This document shows positions 27,660-40,700 of a stretch of DNA of 64,000 nucleotides, in pieces. Below the pieces are notes generated by a model. The model did not search any database. It was given only the letters and a program-made list of their open reading frames with translations, and was not told the origin of the DNA. How positions within the stretch are numbered: the stretch's first letter is position 1; every line of letters begins with the position of its first letter. This stretch comes from Adineta vaga (lineage: Eukaryota > Animalia > Rotifera), in assembly GCA_021613535.1 (NCBI GenBank), contig CP075495.1, positions 12,648,001 to 12,712,000 of the forward strand, in the 5' to 3' direction. Made by a program: the position numbers and the translations under genes.

Positions 27660-29309
27660 ATTGAACGATGACAAAAAAACGAAGAACAGAGATGATTTGT
27701 ATGCCTATTAATGCTTCGTAGTCAAATGTATGAATACGAATGAATCGTATCAATGAACGTTAGCTTCGTTTTTTTCTTCTTCGTCTTCTCTATTCTCTAC
27801 AAAGAAATGATAATGATCAAGTAAACTATATACGTATAAATGTATATACGTGTATATGTTCAATGTGTTTAACGATGCAATGTGTAACTCTAGAGATAGT
27901 GTGTGTGTGTGTGTGAATACGTGCATGTATTGCATAAAATAAAACACATCGAGTCAATCTAATATACATATATGAACATGAATGAGAGCATGTATTGTAC
28001 TGTTAGCATTCAAGCATATAATATACTAACAACAGTGAACGTGTGCATGTTTTAACAATATCAGAGACCAAACAAGTGTTCTTTTGTGTTTGTCTGTCTA
28101 TTTGACCGCAAGAGACATTGTGATGTGATAATACAATCGATGATAATAATAATAAGAAATTCAACAGAGCAATTACATCATTGATATGTCAGAGAAAGGT
28201 ATTTCAATGGTGCACGATTCTATGTTGATTTATGTCGAGAACATTTTCTGTTTTGTTGCATCATTGAATAACATGGTATTTCAAATTTAATTCCTATTGA
28301 ATTCGAATAAAAAATTTAGATACATGTGTGTATGATAGTTGAATTTTTACGTATTACTCAATAGAATGATTACAAGAGATAATACTGTCTAGTAAAATAG
28401 AATCAATTCATTTGAGAAGACATTTTATTTGGATGTACATATTCTGAATAGTATACATGTATGTGTAATGTTTTATATATCATATTATTTTCTCAATGAA
28501 ATGATCAATGATCAATGATTATCATCCGAAAAGTGTTCTCATCGATATGTATATCAATAATGAATTATATGCTATTCTCGTTACTAATCTGAACATTTAG
28601 TATATGTCGAGAGAGAGAGAGACAGAGAAAAAATTATCTTTGTACATGTGAAGTATGAAACTTTGATGTAATTTTATCAATTCAATGGTACTCAAAAGAA
28701 ATTTGTCATTTCTTCTCAATGGAATCGATGATTATCATTATAAATGACATTTCTAGTACATCTTCTTCTTCGAATAAAATTAATTTCATTTTCAATGTTA
28801 TTAGTTTTTGTTTTCTTCTACATATAATCAAAATGTATATATATATATTATTGTTCGTATTATAATCGAATCAAATATTTGTTGTAAAGCTGTCGAAAAA
28901 TGATCAATAAAATTCACTTGTATTCTTTCTACTTGTCAAACTATAAATTGATGGTGAAGACATTTGTTTTTCCCATGAGTACAATTGTATTTACATAAAC
29001 ATTTTTATTCTTCTTAGGTAAATAGAATTTACAAATGAACAGTCAATGTTAATTTACGAAAATATCGTCAAATGAGAAGTTTTTGTCTGAGATAATAATC
29101 AAATTAACATATATTGATCTAGAAAATGTTGTATTTTTGTGAAAATAACAATTCATTTCGATATACCCATGGGCAAAATTTATTATATTAAGCAAAAAAA
29201 GAATGGATTTCTTAAGATATATTATTTTTAAATACTGTTGAGCGATAGATACAATAAGAGAATTTTTTTCTTTCTTTTTTTTTCTTCGTGTACAAATTAT
29301 CGTTGATAT

Positions 29310-29686
29310 TTATTGTCGAAGATTATCAGTAGCCATCAGATCACGACGTTTAAGTCCAACAAGATAAGAGGCTCGTTTACCGACTAAATATGTACCACGT
29401 TTGCCAACTAAATAGGATGCTCGTTTAGCGGCCGAAAGATCTTCATCTAAAATAGAAGACAAACATCATCAAAACACTTTCTTGATTCAAATTTCTTTTT
29501 ACCACTATCATTGAAATCTTCATCGGATGCGGTTACATATCGTTTGCCTACCCAATAACCATTAAGATGTTTTCGTTTTTGCAAGAGATCAGTAAACTGT
29601 TCACGTTCTTTATTGGCTTGAACCATGATAAATGATAGACCAAAAAGAACGACAAAGATATAAGCAAGAATTGACTGGTATTGCAT
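29310..29686 (-). CDS. Neuropeptide precursor (two exons) yielding YWVamide/YLVamide peptides
   Basis: Signal peptide MQYQSILAYIFVVLFGLSFIMVQA, then KR-KHLNGYWVG-KR, KR-ASYLVG-KR-GTYLVG-KR-ASYLVGL-KRR with an acidic spacer. The dibasic cleavage sites have Gly amide donors. Confidence 0.88.
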
Positions 29687-30319
29687 GATTTTTCTTTGAA
29701 GTAAATAAATCTATAGATCAATAATCGTTGAAAAAAGAAACACAAGTTCTCAAGGAATAAGACGGATACGAAATGAGGATCAATAATCTAAAAGAAAATC
29801 GTATAAATAGAGAAAAAAAATAAGAAATAGAAAACGGTCTTTTTTTCAGATAGAAGGAGGGAAACAACAGAATTGGAAATAACGAGGAAAGGGAAAGCAG
29901 TAACCTGTGTGTGTTCACGCATACCTTCGAGGCATTCATGCATCAGACAGCGATATTATTATCATTTAATTCATTTCCAAGTTAAAGCATATCGTTACTT
30001 AATGATCTAAAACTGAATAGATACTATTGATAAATTTCTCTGTCATATACACTTCATTACTCATCGGTATCTCAAATGATTGAAAGAAAGAAATGAATTG
30101 AAAAATAATAATTCGATACGGATTTCAAGTAATTATTAGTGCTGATCAACAGTATGTATATATGTAACTATAAAAAGAGAAATTTGACAATCTTACATTT
30201 CTTTAACGAACAATAAGAATGGTTAACTTTCGGTGACAGTTTTTGCTTCATTATCTACAGAAAAATAATGCTTTTGATCAAAAATGAACGGACAATTAGC
30301 TCTTCGATCTGCGTAAATA

Positions 30320-30342
30320 TGTGTGTGTGTGTGTGTGTGTGT
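30320..30342. repeat. (TG)n microsatellite, intergenic
   Basis: Run of about 11 TG units. Confidence 0.9.
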
Positions 30343-31170
30343 CGTTTTTTCAACAGAGATTTTCCTTTAATCGATTTCTCTCTTTTTCTCTTTCTTCTTT
30401 CTCTCCCACTCATGTTCACTCGTCATCATCAGTTCGCTTCGCATGGTTCATAACTTTGATGCTAATGTGAACTAAGAAAGAGTAGGAAGAAGAATGTTAC
30501 GCTGTTGAAATACAATGAATCGAAGTTTATTAATGATTGAACATATTAGTTGATCGAACGTCTGTGTGTGTTGAACAATGAATAATTAATAAAAATTGAA
30601 AGCAGAAAAGGTTATTTTCATTTTGACGATTTTTATTAGTTGTTATTTAGTATTAATCAATTCATGAAATACAAAATATCAAGACTAAAGATGATGACGC
30701 TCAGAAGAAGGAGAAAACGAACTGAAACGTTCAATCAATGAATTAATCAAAGTAATTGTTCTGTTTCTTTATGCGTTCGTGCCTTATTGTCATCATCGAG
30801 GCATCGGAAATGATTGAGAGAAAGAGTAAAGCAGACTAACTTGTCAAATGTATGAGATCGTGTCAAGTTTACACTAATAATTACCAGTTTCTATTCAATA
30901 GTTACACATATTCATTTCCTTTGAAAGAAAAAAAATCTCTTGTTCAATTCCCGAATGATGCAGTTTCTATAAATATTAACAGAAATACTTGAATGTGTCA
31001 TCTGCTTATCTTCGCTCACGTATTCGTTCCTCCTACGCACATTAATTTTCTTCTTCTAAATATTATTATCACGTTCATATCTTGAATGTAGATCAATTTT
31101 GAAAAAAAGAAGAAGAAGAAGAAGAAGATCAGAATGGTAGATATAAATCAGAAAAATTTTATGTACATTA

Positions 31171-33301
31171 TTATTCAAAAATTTTTTTCAGAAATTTCGA
31201 AAACGATGGATTGGTTGATTTTGATGTTAGTTTCATTTGTTTTTCAAGAAGATCAAATGTTTGACGAAATCGATTTAATGGATTGATAGATAGATCATCG
31301 AGTGTCATTTGACGTCGTTCATTTAAACGTTGAGTAAAAAGTGAAAATATCTTATCATCAGTTCGTTGATAATCATCAAGAAATTTGAAAAATAACATCC
31401 CTGAAAGTAAAAAAATCGAAGGGAATTTCGTTCAATTGAAATTAAGTTACGAAACATACCTGAAATAAATTCTTTGAGAAATATCGTGTAAGACATATTT
31501 GTTTGTGCGCGAAGGAATTCTTCGGAATTAAATTTATAACCAAAATGATTTTCTTCATATTTCTGTTCATTTGTTGTATTAGATTGGTGTAGATCTATTG
31601 AGACAAGTGATTGTAGATCGATACCACTGTCACGACGTTGAAAAGAATCTGAACATATAGAAGAATGTCGTTGATTATGAACCGATGATGTTTGATCACG
31701 TTTAAAAAAATCCGGTAAACGATAAAATAATTCGATGAATACAGATAGAAATGCTTCACTAACAGCAATATTAATTAATGTTGAATTAGTTTTCATTAAA
31801 CGAAATCGTGCTATATAATCAAGTGATGATTCCAAGATTTGTCGAAGATTACGTGGTAAAAAACATGTTGTTTCGAGATTTCCATCAAGTGTACCTAAAT
31901 CTAGATCAACAATAAGTGTATCATCGTCAGATATTTTAGGTATTTGTTGCATTGTATCATGCAGACAACCATATATATATGGACATGGACTATCTAATAA
32001 ATCAGGTAACCATGAAGATGGCATAAGAGAAACAAATGAATATGGCCATATAAATGGATAGATTAATGACGAAAGTCCAAGTATACATTTAGTTAATTTA
32101 GATGGATAATGTGAAAAAAGTAGAATACGTTTTGAACGTAAGATTGATTCAAATAAATAAATAATTTGATAAGGTGAAAGACAAGAAAGTAATGTTGAAT
32201 AATAATCATGATTAAGACGATCATCACGTGGACAAACATAGAAAAATAAACGACGATCATTGAGTATACATGTGACACCTGATGAATTGATTGTAGGTAT
32301 AGGTAATGGTTTGGAATAGAATGATTGCATCAATAGACTACATTCTAATTCGTTTGATATATATGCTAGAAAAGAAAATATCTGTACTATTTTCATTTGA
32401 TTGGAATTTTACAAGTTCAATAGAAAAATGTTAACTATGATGTACATTTTGCGAAGGAACATTTCTTTCTATGGAAATAAATGATTTTCTATTTTTTACC
32501 TTTTGTTAATTCATTTAAAATTGCATCGTAAAGTTTAAAATATGAATAAGTTGAAACTAAAGATATAATTACAATTTGTTTTTTTTCCAATTATATCTAA
32601 TTTTAGTTCTTACCAATGCATATTACAATTGGATAATTGGTCATTTGATTGTATTCTTTTGATAAACGCCGACAATATCCATATTCGACTTGTCCATTGG
32701 AAAGGGTTCGTGTAAAAATATATGTTGCTGGATCATTAATAAGTTGTCCACCATTTCGATGATTAGGATTCAATTCAGGAAAACAAAAACGTTTGTATGG
32801 GGATAATTCTTCGAGAATTTTGATTTCATTATCATCATGCGGATAATATCCAAGTAAAAGTTCTTTATCGACATACCAATCGGATAGAGTTATTAGAAAT
32901 GCTAATTTATATAGATGAGCATCTAATTGTGACGATGGTGACGTTATATTATGACCTTCGAGAAATCGATTACAATCATGTGGTGTATTACTATAATCGG
33001 TGATGTAAGACGAACGTTCATTTTGAAATAATTGTTCATCGAAAAAAGAACCATTGATAATAAAACCGTTACTATAAGAATTTCGATGTTGATGAATTGA
33101 ATTGAATAAACGCTTAGTAGAAGATTGTCGAAGATTGAAAAGAGTATTGGAACGTGATGGAAGATAATTTAATACATTGGGTGATTGAATATTTAGACTA
33201 GAATAAGATTTTGTATCATCATTATTTTGTGCATTTGGATTTGATGAATAATCGAGCGAAACCGAATTTTGTAAACGATGTTCATTAGAATTAGACGTCA
33301 T
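31171..33301 (-). CDS. DENN-domain Rab GEF, DENND2/ST5-like
   Basis: uDENN RFCFP..YIFTRTLSNGQVEYGYCRRL; cDENN LFESILRSKRILLFSHYPSKLTKCILGLSSLIYPFIWPYSFVSLMPSSWLPDLLDSPCPYIYG; dDENN AVSEAFLSVFIELF..FNSEEFL..FLKEFISGMLFFKFL. Confidence 0.88.
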
Positions 33302-34619
33302 TTGAAATTCGTATGAGAATATGTACTAGAATGATCTATTATAAAAATTTACTTATTATAAATAAGAAGTACACGCACTGAACCGTGACGGATGTGAGCA
33401 ATGAAGAGGAATTATTTTTTTTCTACATTTTCATTCGTCGATGATGCTTATCGAAAAATATGTGTCTAATTAAACTGTATCTTAAGTAATTTCTCTTCTA
33501 TAAGTGACAGTTTGTTGAAAGAAAAAAAGAATAATGTATTTACTATCGCTATGCAACAACAACAATAATAATAAGAACAATAGAAATAGTAAATTGCCAT
33601 GTGATTCGTGCTGTACATATACAATTACTGTTTTTGTTGTTTCGCAATTGTATTCAGAAAATTGACAAATGGACTAACGATATTGCGCAGGTACAACATA
33701 AATAGATACTAAACTTCATTCGTTGAAACGATTAATCTCAAATAATAAATGAATCTTAACTTGTATGTTCGATGTATCTCCTGTAGCTGGTGTACTTTTG
33801 ATCTTACTTTTGAGTTTAGGAATAGGAGAAAAGATTGTTCAAACGTCGAATCGAAATTGATAATAAAGTATAGTATATCATTAATATTTTCTTTAGAGTC
33901 TATTTACAGATTGTTTTTTTTTCTTTATAAAAACTATTATTAGAAAAATCTACGGCGCACATAGAAGTTTTCTTCGTCATAACGTATCGTTTACAATTAT
34001 CATTATAAAAATGGACTAAATCGTATTTAGTTTCCTAAAAATTTGTTCCTCTATTATAACTTCAGTTTATTCTTCATGACATTCACTTCCTTGCCTTCAT
34101 TGAAATAAGAATAATTACTAATAAAAAATTATGAATCATCGATTGATAGTTATCATTCATATTTCATTTCATAATACGAAATTTAACAAATCGATTTTCA
34201 AAAAGAATTGATCATTGAAAGAATTTTCTTTTGCTGTTCTTAAGAGTCTTGTTTATTATTATTTTAATCTGTCTCTTACTCCCATCATTAAAATCGAGTA
34301 ACACACACACACACAGAAAAAGGTTCAACAATATATCGAAAAGAAGAAAGAAAAAGTAGAGGCACACTGCACATCAAGATTAATTCACATAAGTAAAGAA
34401 GAACAAGAAAGAAAAGAATCTATCTCTATAGAGTTTCGAAAATATCGATAGGTTCATTATACACACTGTACAAAAGAAAAAAACGATAAATAAAGTTTCA
34501 AAGACGAAAAAAAAGGGATAATAAAGCACGCAGCAAACAAAGTTCGACACTTTATCATCGGATAGATATATACAAACAAACAAAAAAAAGATTGAGAAAG
34601 ATCATTCTTCTTTCTCCGA

Positions 34620-35987
34620 TCATTTACGGCTTTTTTTGCTAGAACCACCACCAGACTTTCGAGCTTTTTTCGTCGGTGAAGAATTATTTGAATCTAGAAT
34701 AGAAAGAAAAACAAAGATAGAACCTTCTTCTTTGATTAGAATCGTTGTATGCTTACTGTTTCCTGATCGTTTGTTTGAAGATTTCGATCGTTGTTGTTCA
34801 CCATCGGTTCCCGATTCATCTTCAGTATTATTTTGAGATCCTTGTCGTTTTTGACCACCTTTAGCTCGTCCACCTTGTTCATCTTCGCTTGCGGTACTTT
34901 GATCATTTTTATCTTGTTGATTTTTTTTAGAATTTTTTGATTTATTTGGTGAACGTGATGTTGATCGACGAGCTGCATTGCTCTTTTGACGACCACCAGA
35001 TTTCGTTTTACTTGGTGAACGAGATTGATTTTGTGGTGGTTTATTATTTTTACGGCCATCACTTGTTTTACTTTTGCTTGTCGATCGTGATCGATTGTTC
35101 TTACTTGGTGAACGAGATTGATTTTGTGGTGGCTTGTTATTTTTACGACCATCACTTGCTTTATTTTTGCTTGATGATCTTGATCGACTTTGTGATCGAT
35201 TATTTTTACTTGTTGATCGGGATTGATTTTGTGGTGGTTTGTTGTTTTTACGACCATCGGATTTTTTTGATTTACTTGGTGATCGACTGTTCGATTTGCT
35301 ACTGGTACGACGACCTTCAGTTGATGGACTTCGTCGAGCAGATCGAGATCGTGAGCGGGAAGGTGATGATGACGATGATTTTTTATTATTTCCTTTTCTT
35401 CCCTTGGCGGCCATTCTGTAATAACCATTACTATAGCTCGTACCTATTAAACATTATATTTGTTTTTAAAAACAAGATAATTAATCAAGCAAGAATTTTA
35501 CCGCTAGCAAGTGATATAACACTGTCTTCAAGAAGTGCTTCAAGTGCTGAACGAAGATGACTCTAAAATATCAAAATATTATCATTGATTGGAAAAAGAA
35601 TTATATTGTCAGTATCTTACATTAACACCTTTACCACTGTTGACTCCATACGTATTTTTGATATGATTCAAGATTTTTGATCGACTTGAACCTTTACGCG
35701 AATCAAGCTACAAAAGTAAAGATGTTCATCGTATTTCTATCATATATAAGTGTTTAATTTATTACTGTTGCAAGTGCTTCGGTAACCATTCGTTGATAAT
35801 TTGGATGTTTTGATGATGAACCAGTTCGTTGATTGGAGTTGGATTTTTTCGGTGATTTTGATTGTTTTTTATTTGGTGAACTATTATTTTGTGATGATTT
35901 AGCTTTCATTGGTGATCCAACTTTAGTTTGTTTCGATGTTTGACTCGACGATTTCGAATTGCTCGATGTCTTTTTAGCAGATGCCAT
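34620..35987 (-). CDS. Linker histone H1/H5-like protein (H15 winged helix) with long Ser/Arg/Lys-rich repetitive tails
   Basis: Spliced globular domain HPNYQRMVTEALAT|LDSRKGSSRSKILNHIKNTYGVNSGKGVN|SHLRSALEALLEDSVISLASG|TSYSNGYYRM. The N-tail has SPMK/SPNK/SPKK, and the C-tail has SRSRSRS and SRSPSK repeats. Confidence 0.85.
35010..35265 (-). repeat. Three imperfect coding repeats of SDGRKNNKPPQNQSRS(T/P)SK in the H1-like tail
   Basis: The + strand motif gattgattttgtggtgg(t/c)tt(a/g)tt(a/g)tttttacg(a/g)ccatc recurs at about 35023, 35116 and 35221. Confidence 0.9.
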
Positions 35988-36604
35988 GATCGGTTAAGAG
36001 AGAATTGGGAGATTAATGTGTGTGTGTGTGTATGTGCAGTATAGAATTAAAAAGGATGAAATGAATCGATCGACGAAAAGTATATCAGTTATAAACTCGT
36101 CTACTTTTAGGAAGAATAAAACGACTTTTCTCTCGCCATTATTATCTATGGAACTAGTCGTCCATCATCGAGAATTAGTCTGCCGGACCTTATTGTACAG
36201 TCAATAGTACACATAGATGAGGACCTCGATTTTGAAATAGACAATGAATAGAATGGTTAGATATAGTTAACAAAGATAAGAACGAGAGAAAAGAGATATG
36301 CAGTCAAACAGTCTGATTTTGTGACTCGATCGATTTTGTAATCAAATATCGGTGAGAAAAATTCTTCTTCGGAAAATATTGTAATTGTTCTTTCTCTATT
36401 AATACCTGGATAGAAATTAATTTCATTTATAATATATCCGGACTTAATCGAATTTGTCCAGAATAATAGTATAATTAATACTCTATGCAAATATTTCTTG
36501 ATTAGATTTGCATAGAAAATGATTTTGTTAGAAATCAAGAACTATAATGAAAAACATGTTTATTTAATATTTTCTAATAGAAGTCAACAGTACAACATGC
36601 GTTT

Positions 36605-37753
36605 TTAAAGAAAATGTTCAAAACTTTGTCGACGATGTTTTTTATGAGATCTACCTAGTCGTAATAGAGCGATTCGTTCATGATATTTTGCTTGAGGATT
36701 TGGTCGATGAGATTTGGATGTTAATAAATGTTGCATTGGTGTTCGCTGTTGTTTTGTTGAATAAATTAAATGTTGTTCAGTTTGAGGTATGGAACGTTTA
36801 TACCAATTGATATAGAATTGACATTGAGAATATCGATGAAATAATTGAAGAAATTCATGACGAAAACGTGCACATGAAAAAATAAATGCCAGAAAATTTG
36901 ATGCATGATGAAAATGTAATAAGATATTTGTACATATATGAATAACATATTGAGAATTATCTAATTTACTTGTAATTAATAAATAAATTGTATGAATCGT
37001 TGATGGTGTTGCTGTTAAAACAAAACATATGGAAGATGTTAAGAGCATTGCTGTCAATTGTCGTTGTTTTGTTGATAAATCAAAGTTATTTCGTGAGATT
37101 AATTGATTATGAACTATACCTGTACATTGAGTTTTTAATGTTCGTTCAAGACGTAAAGCATAATGAAGTCGTTGAATAATAATTAAATTGCATATAATAC
37201 ATAATGGAACAGTAAACCAATAAGTTAAACCAGAACGAATACATTCCCATGTTAAACGATGAAAATTTCGTTTAAATGCACAAAATGATCGAATTGGTAT
37301 TGTTTGATTAGCATTATAAACATATACAATATGCATATGTCGTGCATAATGACTAAAAATTAATAATGAGAGAAGAAATAGAATACCAACGAGAAAACGT
37401 GATTTCGTTCGACTTGTTAATCTTGGCATATGACATGGATTAAATACTAATGAACAACGTTCAATATTAATAAAACAAACAAACCAAACAGATAATAGAC
37501 GAAAAACATCCATAAAAAAGAAAACAAAACAATCATAGGATGTAACTTGTGGATGAAGTTTAGTAACAATTTGTAAACTTTGTAAACATAGAACAATACA
37601 ATCGGATATTGATAGGGCGGATATAAATGCAGCTGATGCGGTCTTACGAAAAAAATGTTGATTTACAACGACTAAAATTAAGAAATTTCCTGTACATCCA
37701 AAGATTGTTAAAGATAAAATTGCAATTGTTCGAACACGTTCTAAAATCAACAT
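36605..37753 (-). CDS. Class A (rhodopsin-like) GPCR, invertebrate peptide-receptor type
   Basis: The 382-aa intronless ORF has 7 hydrophobic segments, with GN in TM1, LSISD in TM2, ERC at the DRY position, VPLCIICN in TM5, LTAMLLTSSICFVLTATP in TM6 and HHASNFLAF plus an F-R-x-E-F helix 8. The ATG directly follows a splice acceptor, so an upstream exon may exist. Confidence 0.88.
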   Translation of the reverse strand: MLILERVRTIAILSLTIFGCTGNFLILVVVNQHFFRKTASAAFISALSISDCIVLCLQSLQIVTKLHPQVTSYDCFVFFFMDVFRLLSVWFVCFINIERCSLVFNPCHMPRLTSRTKSRFLVGILFLLSLLIFSHYARHMHIVYVYNANQTIPIRSFCAFKRNFHRLTWECIRSGLTYWFTVPLCIICNLIIIQRLHYALRLERTLKTQCTGIVHNQLISRNNFDLSTKQRQLTAMLLTSSICFVLTATPSTIHTIYLLITSKLDNSQYVIHICTNILLHFHHASNFLAFIFSCARFRHEFLQLFHRYSQCQFYINWYKRSIPQTEQHLIYSTKQQRTPMQHLLTSKSHRPNPQAKYHERIALLRLGRSHKKHRRQSFEHFL

Positions 37754-40700
37754 CTACAAAAATGCATAATAGAAAGAAACAACAACAACAACAACAAAAC
37801 TTTCTATGTAAATTTGATATCAAAAGAAATAGAAGTTAGATATTAGAATGATGTGTTTTCTCCTATCATACTCTCTCTCTCTCTACCTTATTCGAAAAGC
37901 AAATAAAATTATCATAAAATAGGATTAGCCTATAGCGTGACATTTCTGCCTAAGGATGTGAAAGGCGCGTATGTTCTCGATCCCTCGTTATTACTAACTT
38001 CACGATTATAACAACTTCTGTTAATAAATCTATTATTTACCAGCGATAATATGAAAAAGAATTATAACGAACATATATCTTCATCTAAATACACCCACGT
38101 TTGATCGGGCTTTATTTTTTTTCTTGATGATTATATTCATTACATATTTCTGTCAGATTTACATAAATATAGACATAAAATAAAAACTTTCTGCTACATC
38201 AAAACAACATTTGCCAATTGTTTCCACGTGTGTGTGTGTGTAAGATAGAAAAATAATTAAGTATAAACATAATTATAAAGATGCAATCGTAAATAATATA
38301 ACACATCTGTTCGATTTATTATTTGAAATTTTGTTTTTTTTTCAGATTCATAAATAAACGAAATCGCATTCTGTTCTCAACTACGGATAACAATAAATAC
38401 TTAAGACGTTCAAAAACTCATCCGTCTTAAATATTTGAACTTACCGCGGTTCGCTTAATTCTGATGTTCTCTCTCTTTTTTTTACTGTTTCCTTCAGAAT
38501 TTCCTTTACAATTTCACCAATGATGTGAGAATAGAAGACATTTGAAAAAAGAAATAATTATTTCCGAACGTGTGCGTGTATATGTTAGGTTACCTGACTA
38601 GATGTAGAATATGAAATCTACTCGGAAGTCAAACAATCGTTTAATTTTCCAATTTGTATTGGCTTTTAAACATTATTGTTCGATAGGATCGAGTGCTTTT
38701 AGCTTGTTTATCTCAACTATGCACTGAAGGACATGAAATATGTTGTTTTTTTATATTAAAGATGTCTCCGTTTGCATTTTTTATATATTCAAGAAATCAA
38801 TCTGATCAGTTTATCTAAAAATAATAATCGATTTCTAGTAAAAGAAAATATTTTTCCATCGGATAGATATTTATATCCTAATATTCCAAAAAAAGAAAAA
38901 CTTCTTCACTATTCATCTATTTTCATATTCATCTTGCCTACAATATATCTCTAGAGAACTGTATGATGCTTTTTATTGTATTTATCTAATAAGAAATGAT
39001 AGAAAAGATAATGACAAGGATTGTATTTCTTGTTCATGTCAAGTCGAATTAATTTAATGACAAAAAAAAAGAAGAAGAAACTTGATTCTATATAGAAATC
39101 AACAGTATATAATTCAATTTGAATGATTTTCTAAAGAATTGTTATGCTTTCTTTTCATGTTTGATTATATGAATTCTTCGTTTTATAATATATGACAAAA
39201 TCCAGACGCATAACTAACTATTCGTACATATTCTCGACAGAATAGATGAATACGAAGCAAAATGTAATATTATAACTTGTTTTTTCCTTCTAATCAGATT
39301 AGACAATATTGTAGAGAGATGCTTTTTCTATTTCATCCCTCACGAAATTCTATTCACATGTTCATAAATCTATTACAATTCAAATAGTCAATCTAGTGGA
39401 ATTCCTATAGTATTACTTAAGTGCCATTGTTTAGAATTGTTTTCTATATATATATATAATTTAATAAATAATCTCAAAAAAAAACTGAACAATATATCTA
39501 GCCAATTTTCCAAATAATCGTAATGTCAAAGTCATTGTTTATTTCCTGAAAATAACCTTCAAATTTAATGTCATTTATATGCAATATGATTTTCTATAAG
39601 GTATCAATAAAACAGATAAGTAGATGATAATCTTTGACATTTCTAGATTGATTCATTAAGAAAGACATTAAAAATATCGATTATGTTCTTAGTATTTTTT
39701 CAGTCGTATAGAAGATTCTTTTTTTTGTCGTTTTCTTATCAACTATTATCAAACAAATCCTTTGATCTTTCAATATCAGATGTATTTAGGTTACTGTTTT
39801 CCTTCAATCATCGCATGTCATAATAATTTCTTCGAATCAACTTCATTTACATTGGATAGATTTCTTTTTATGTCATCATTAAAGATATATTTTCTTTTCT
39901 TCTGACCTCTCTCTCTCTCTCCCTTTCTCTAGATCAAGGATATCCTCTAGCAAATGCAAACAATATATACCGCACCACTAACTCTTTTCTCATGTTCTTA
40001 ACTATGTTTATCAAACCCATACGTTTGTTCTTTCTTTATGTTTATGTTAAAATTTGCATGAATGAATTTGTTAAATAGAATAGAAAAAATCAATCATTAT
40101 GATTATATAGTCATTGACTAATGATATTTTCATAAACTTATTATCAATGGTTCAACAAATATATTCTTCATTCATTTTCGATATGATAGTTAAAGAATTT
40201 GTGATGTTTAAATAAATAATCTTACCTCGATATTTTTTTGTTTTACAAAAAAACAAACAAACAAAACAAAAGATTTCTATTTATTGTTTTGTTCGTTCGA
40301 GTTATAAAGATTCTTTTCTGTTTACTAAGTACTCTTACTATTCATAGTTTCCATTTTATTATTTTGCAGCTGTTCGATACTTCAATAGTATTGTCAAAAT
40401 CAATCAAAAATCGGACAATGAAAAATCATTTTTCTCTGTAGGCATTAATATGAAATCTGACAGTTCTTTTCTTTCTTTTTTTATATCTTAAGCATAAAAG
40501 TACAGTACTTTTTAGCAATTGGGAATGTATTCATCGATCTTTTCTTCTTTTCTCACTCTCTAAAGACTATTATATTAAATCTCTATTTGACATTGTTAGT
40601 AAATTACAAAGACCAGTATGCATATTTGAGAAAGGAAATGAAACCGGAACTTATCATTTTCTTCCGAAAAAATCGTATCCGATTTAGACTGTCAATTTTT

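Noticed and set aside
35010-35265. Spaced direct repeats as a CRISPR-like array
   Set aside because: They are in-frame coding repeats with synonymous variation in a spliced eukaryotic gene, with no cas genes nearby.
34636-35560. Long overlapping and antisense ORFs (230 aa, 207 aa) over the H1-like gene
   Set aside because: They are shadow frames of a repetitive low-complexity coding region with no domain signal.
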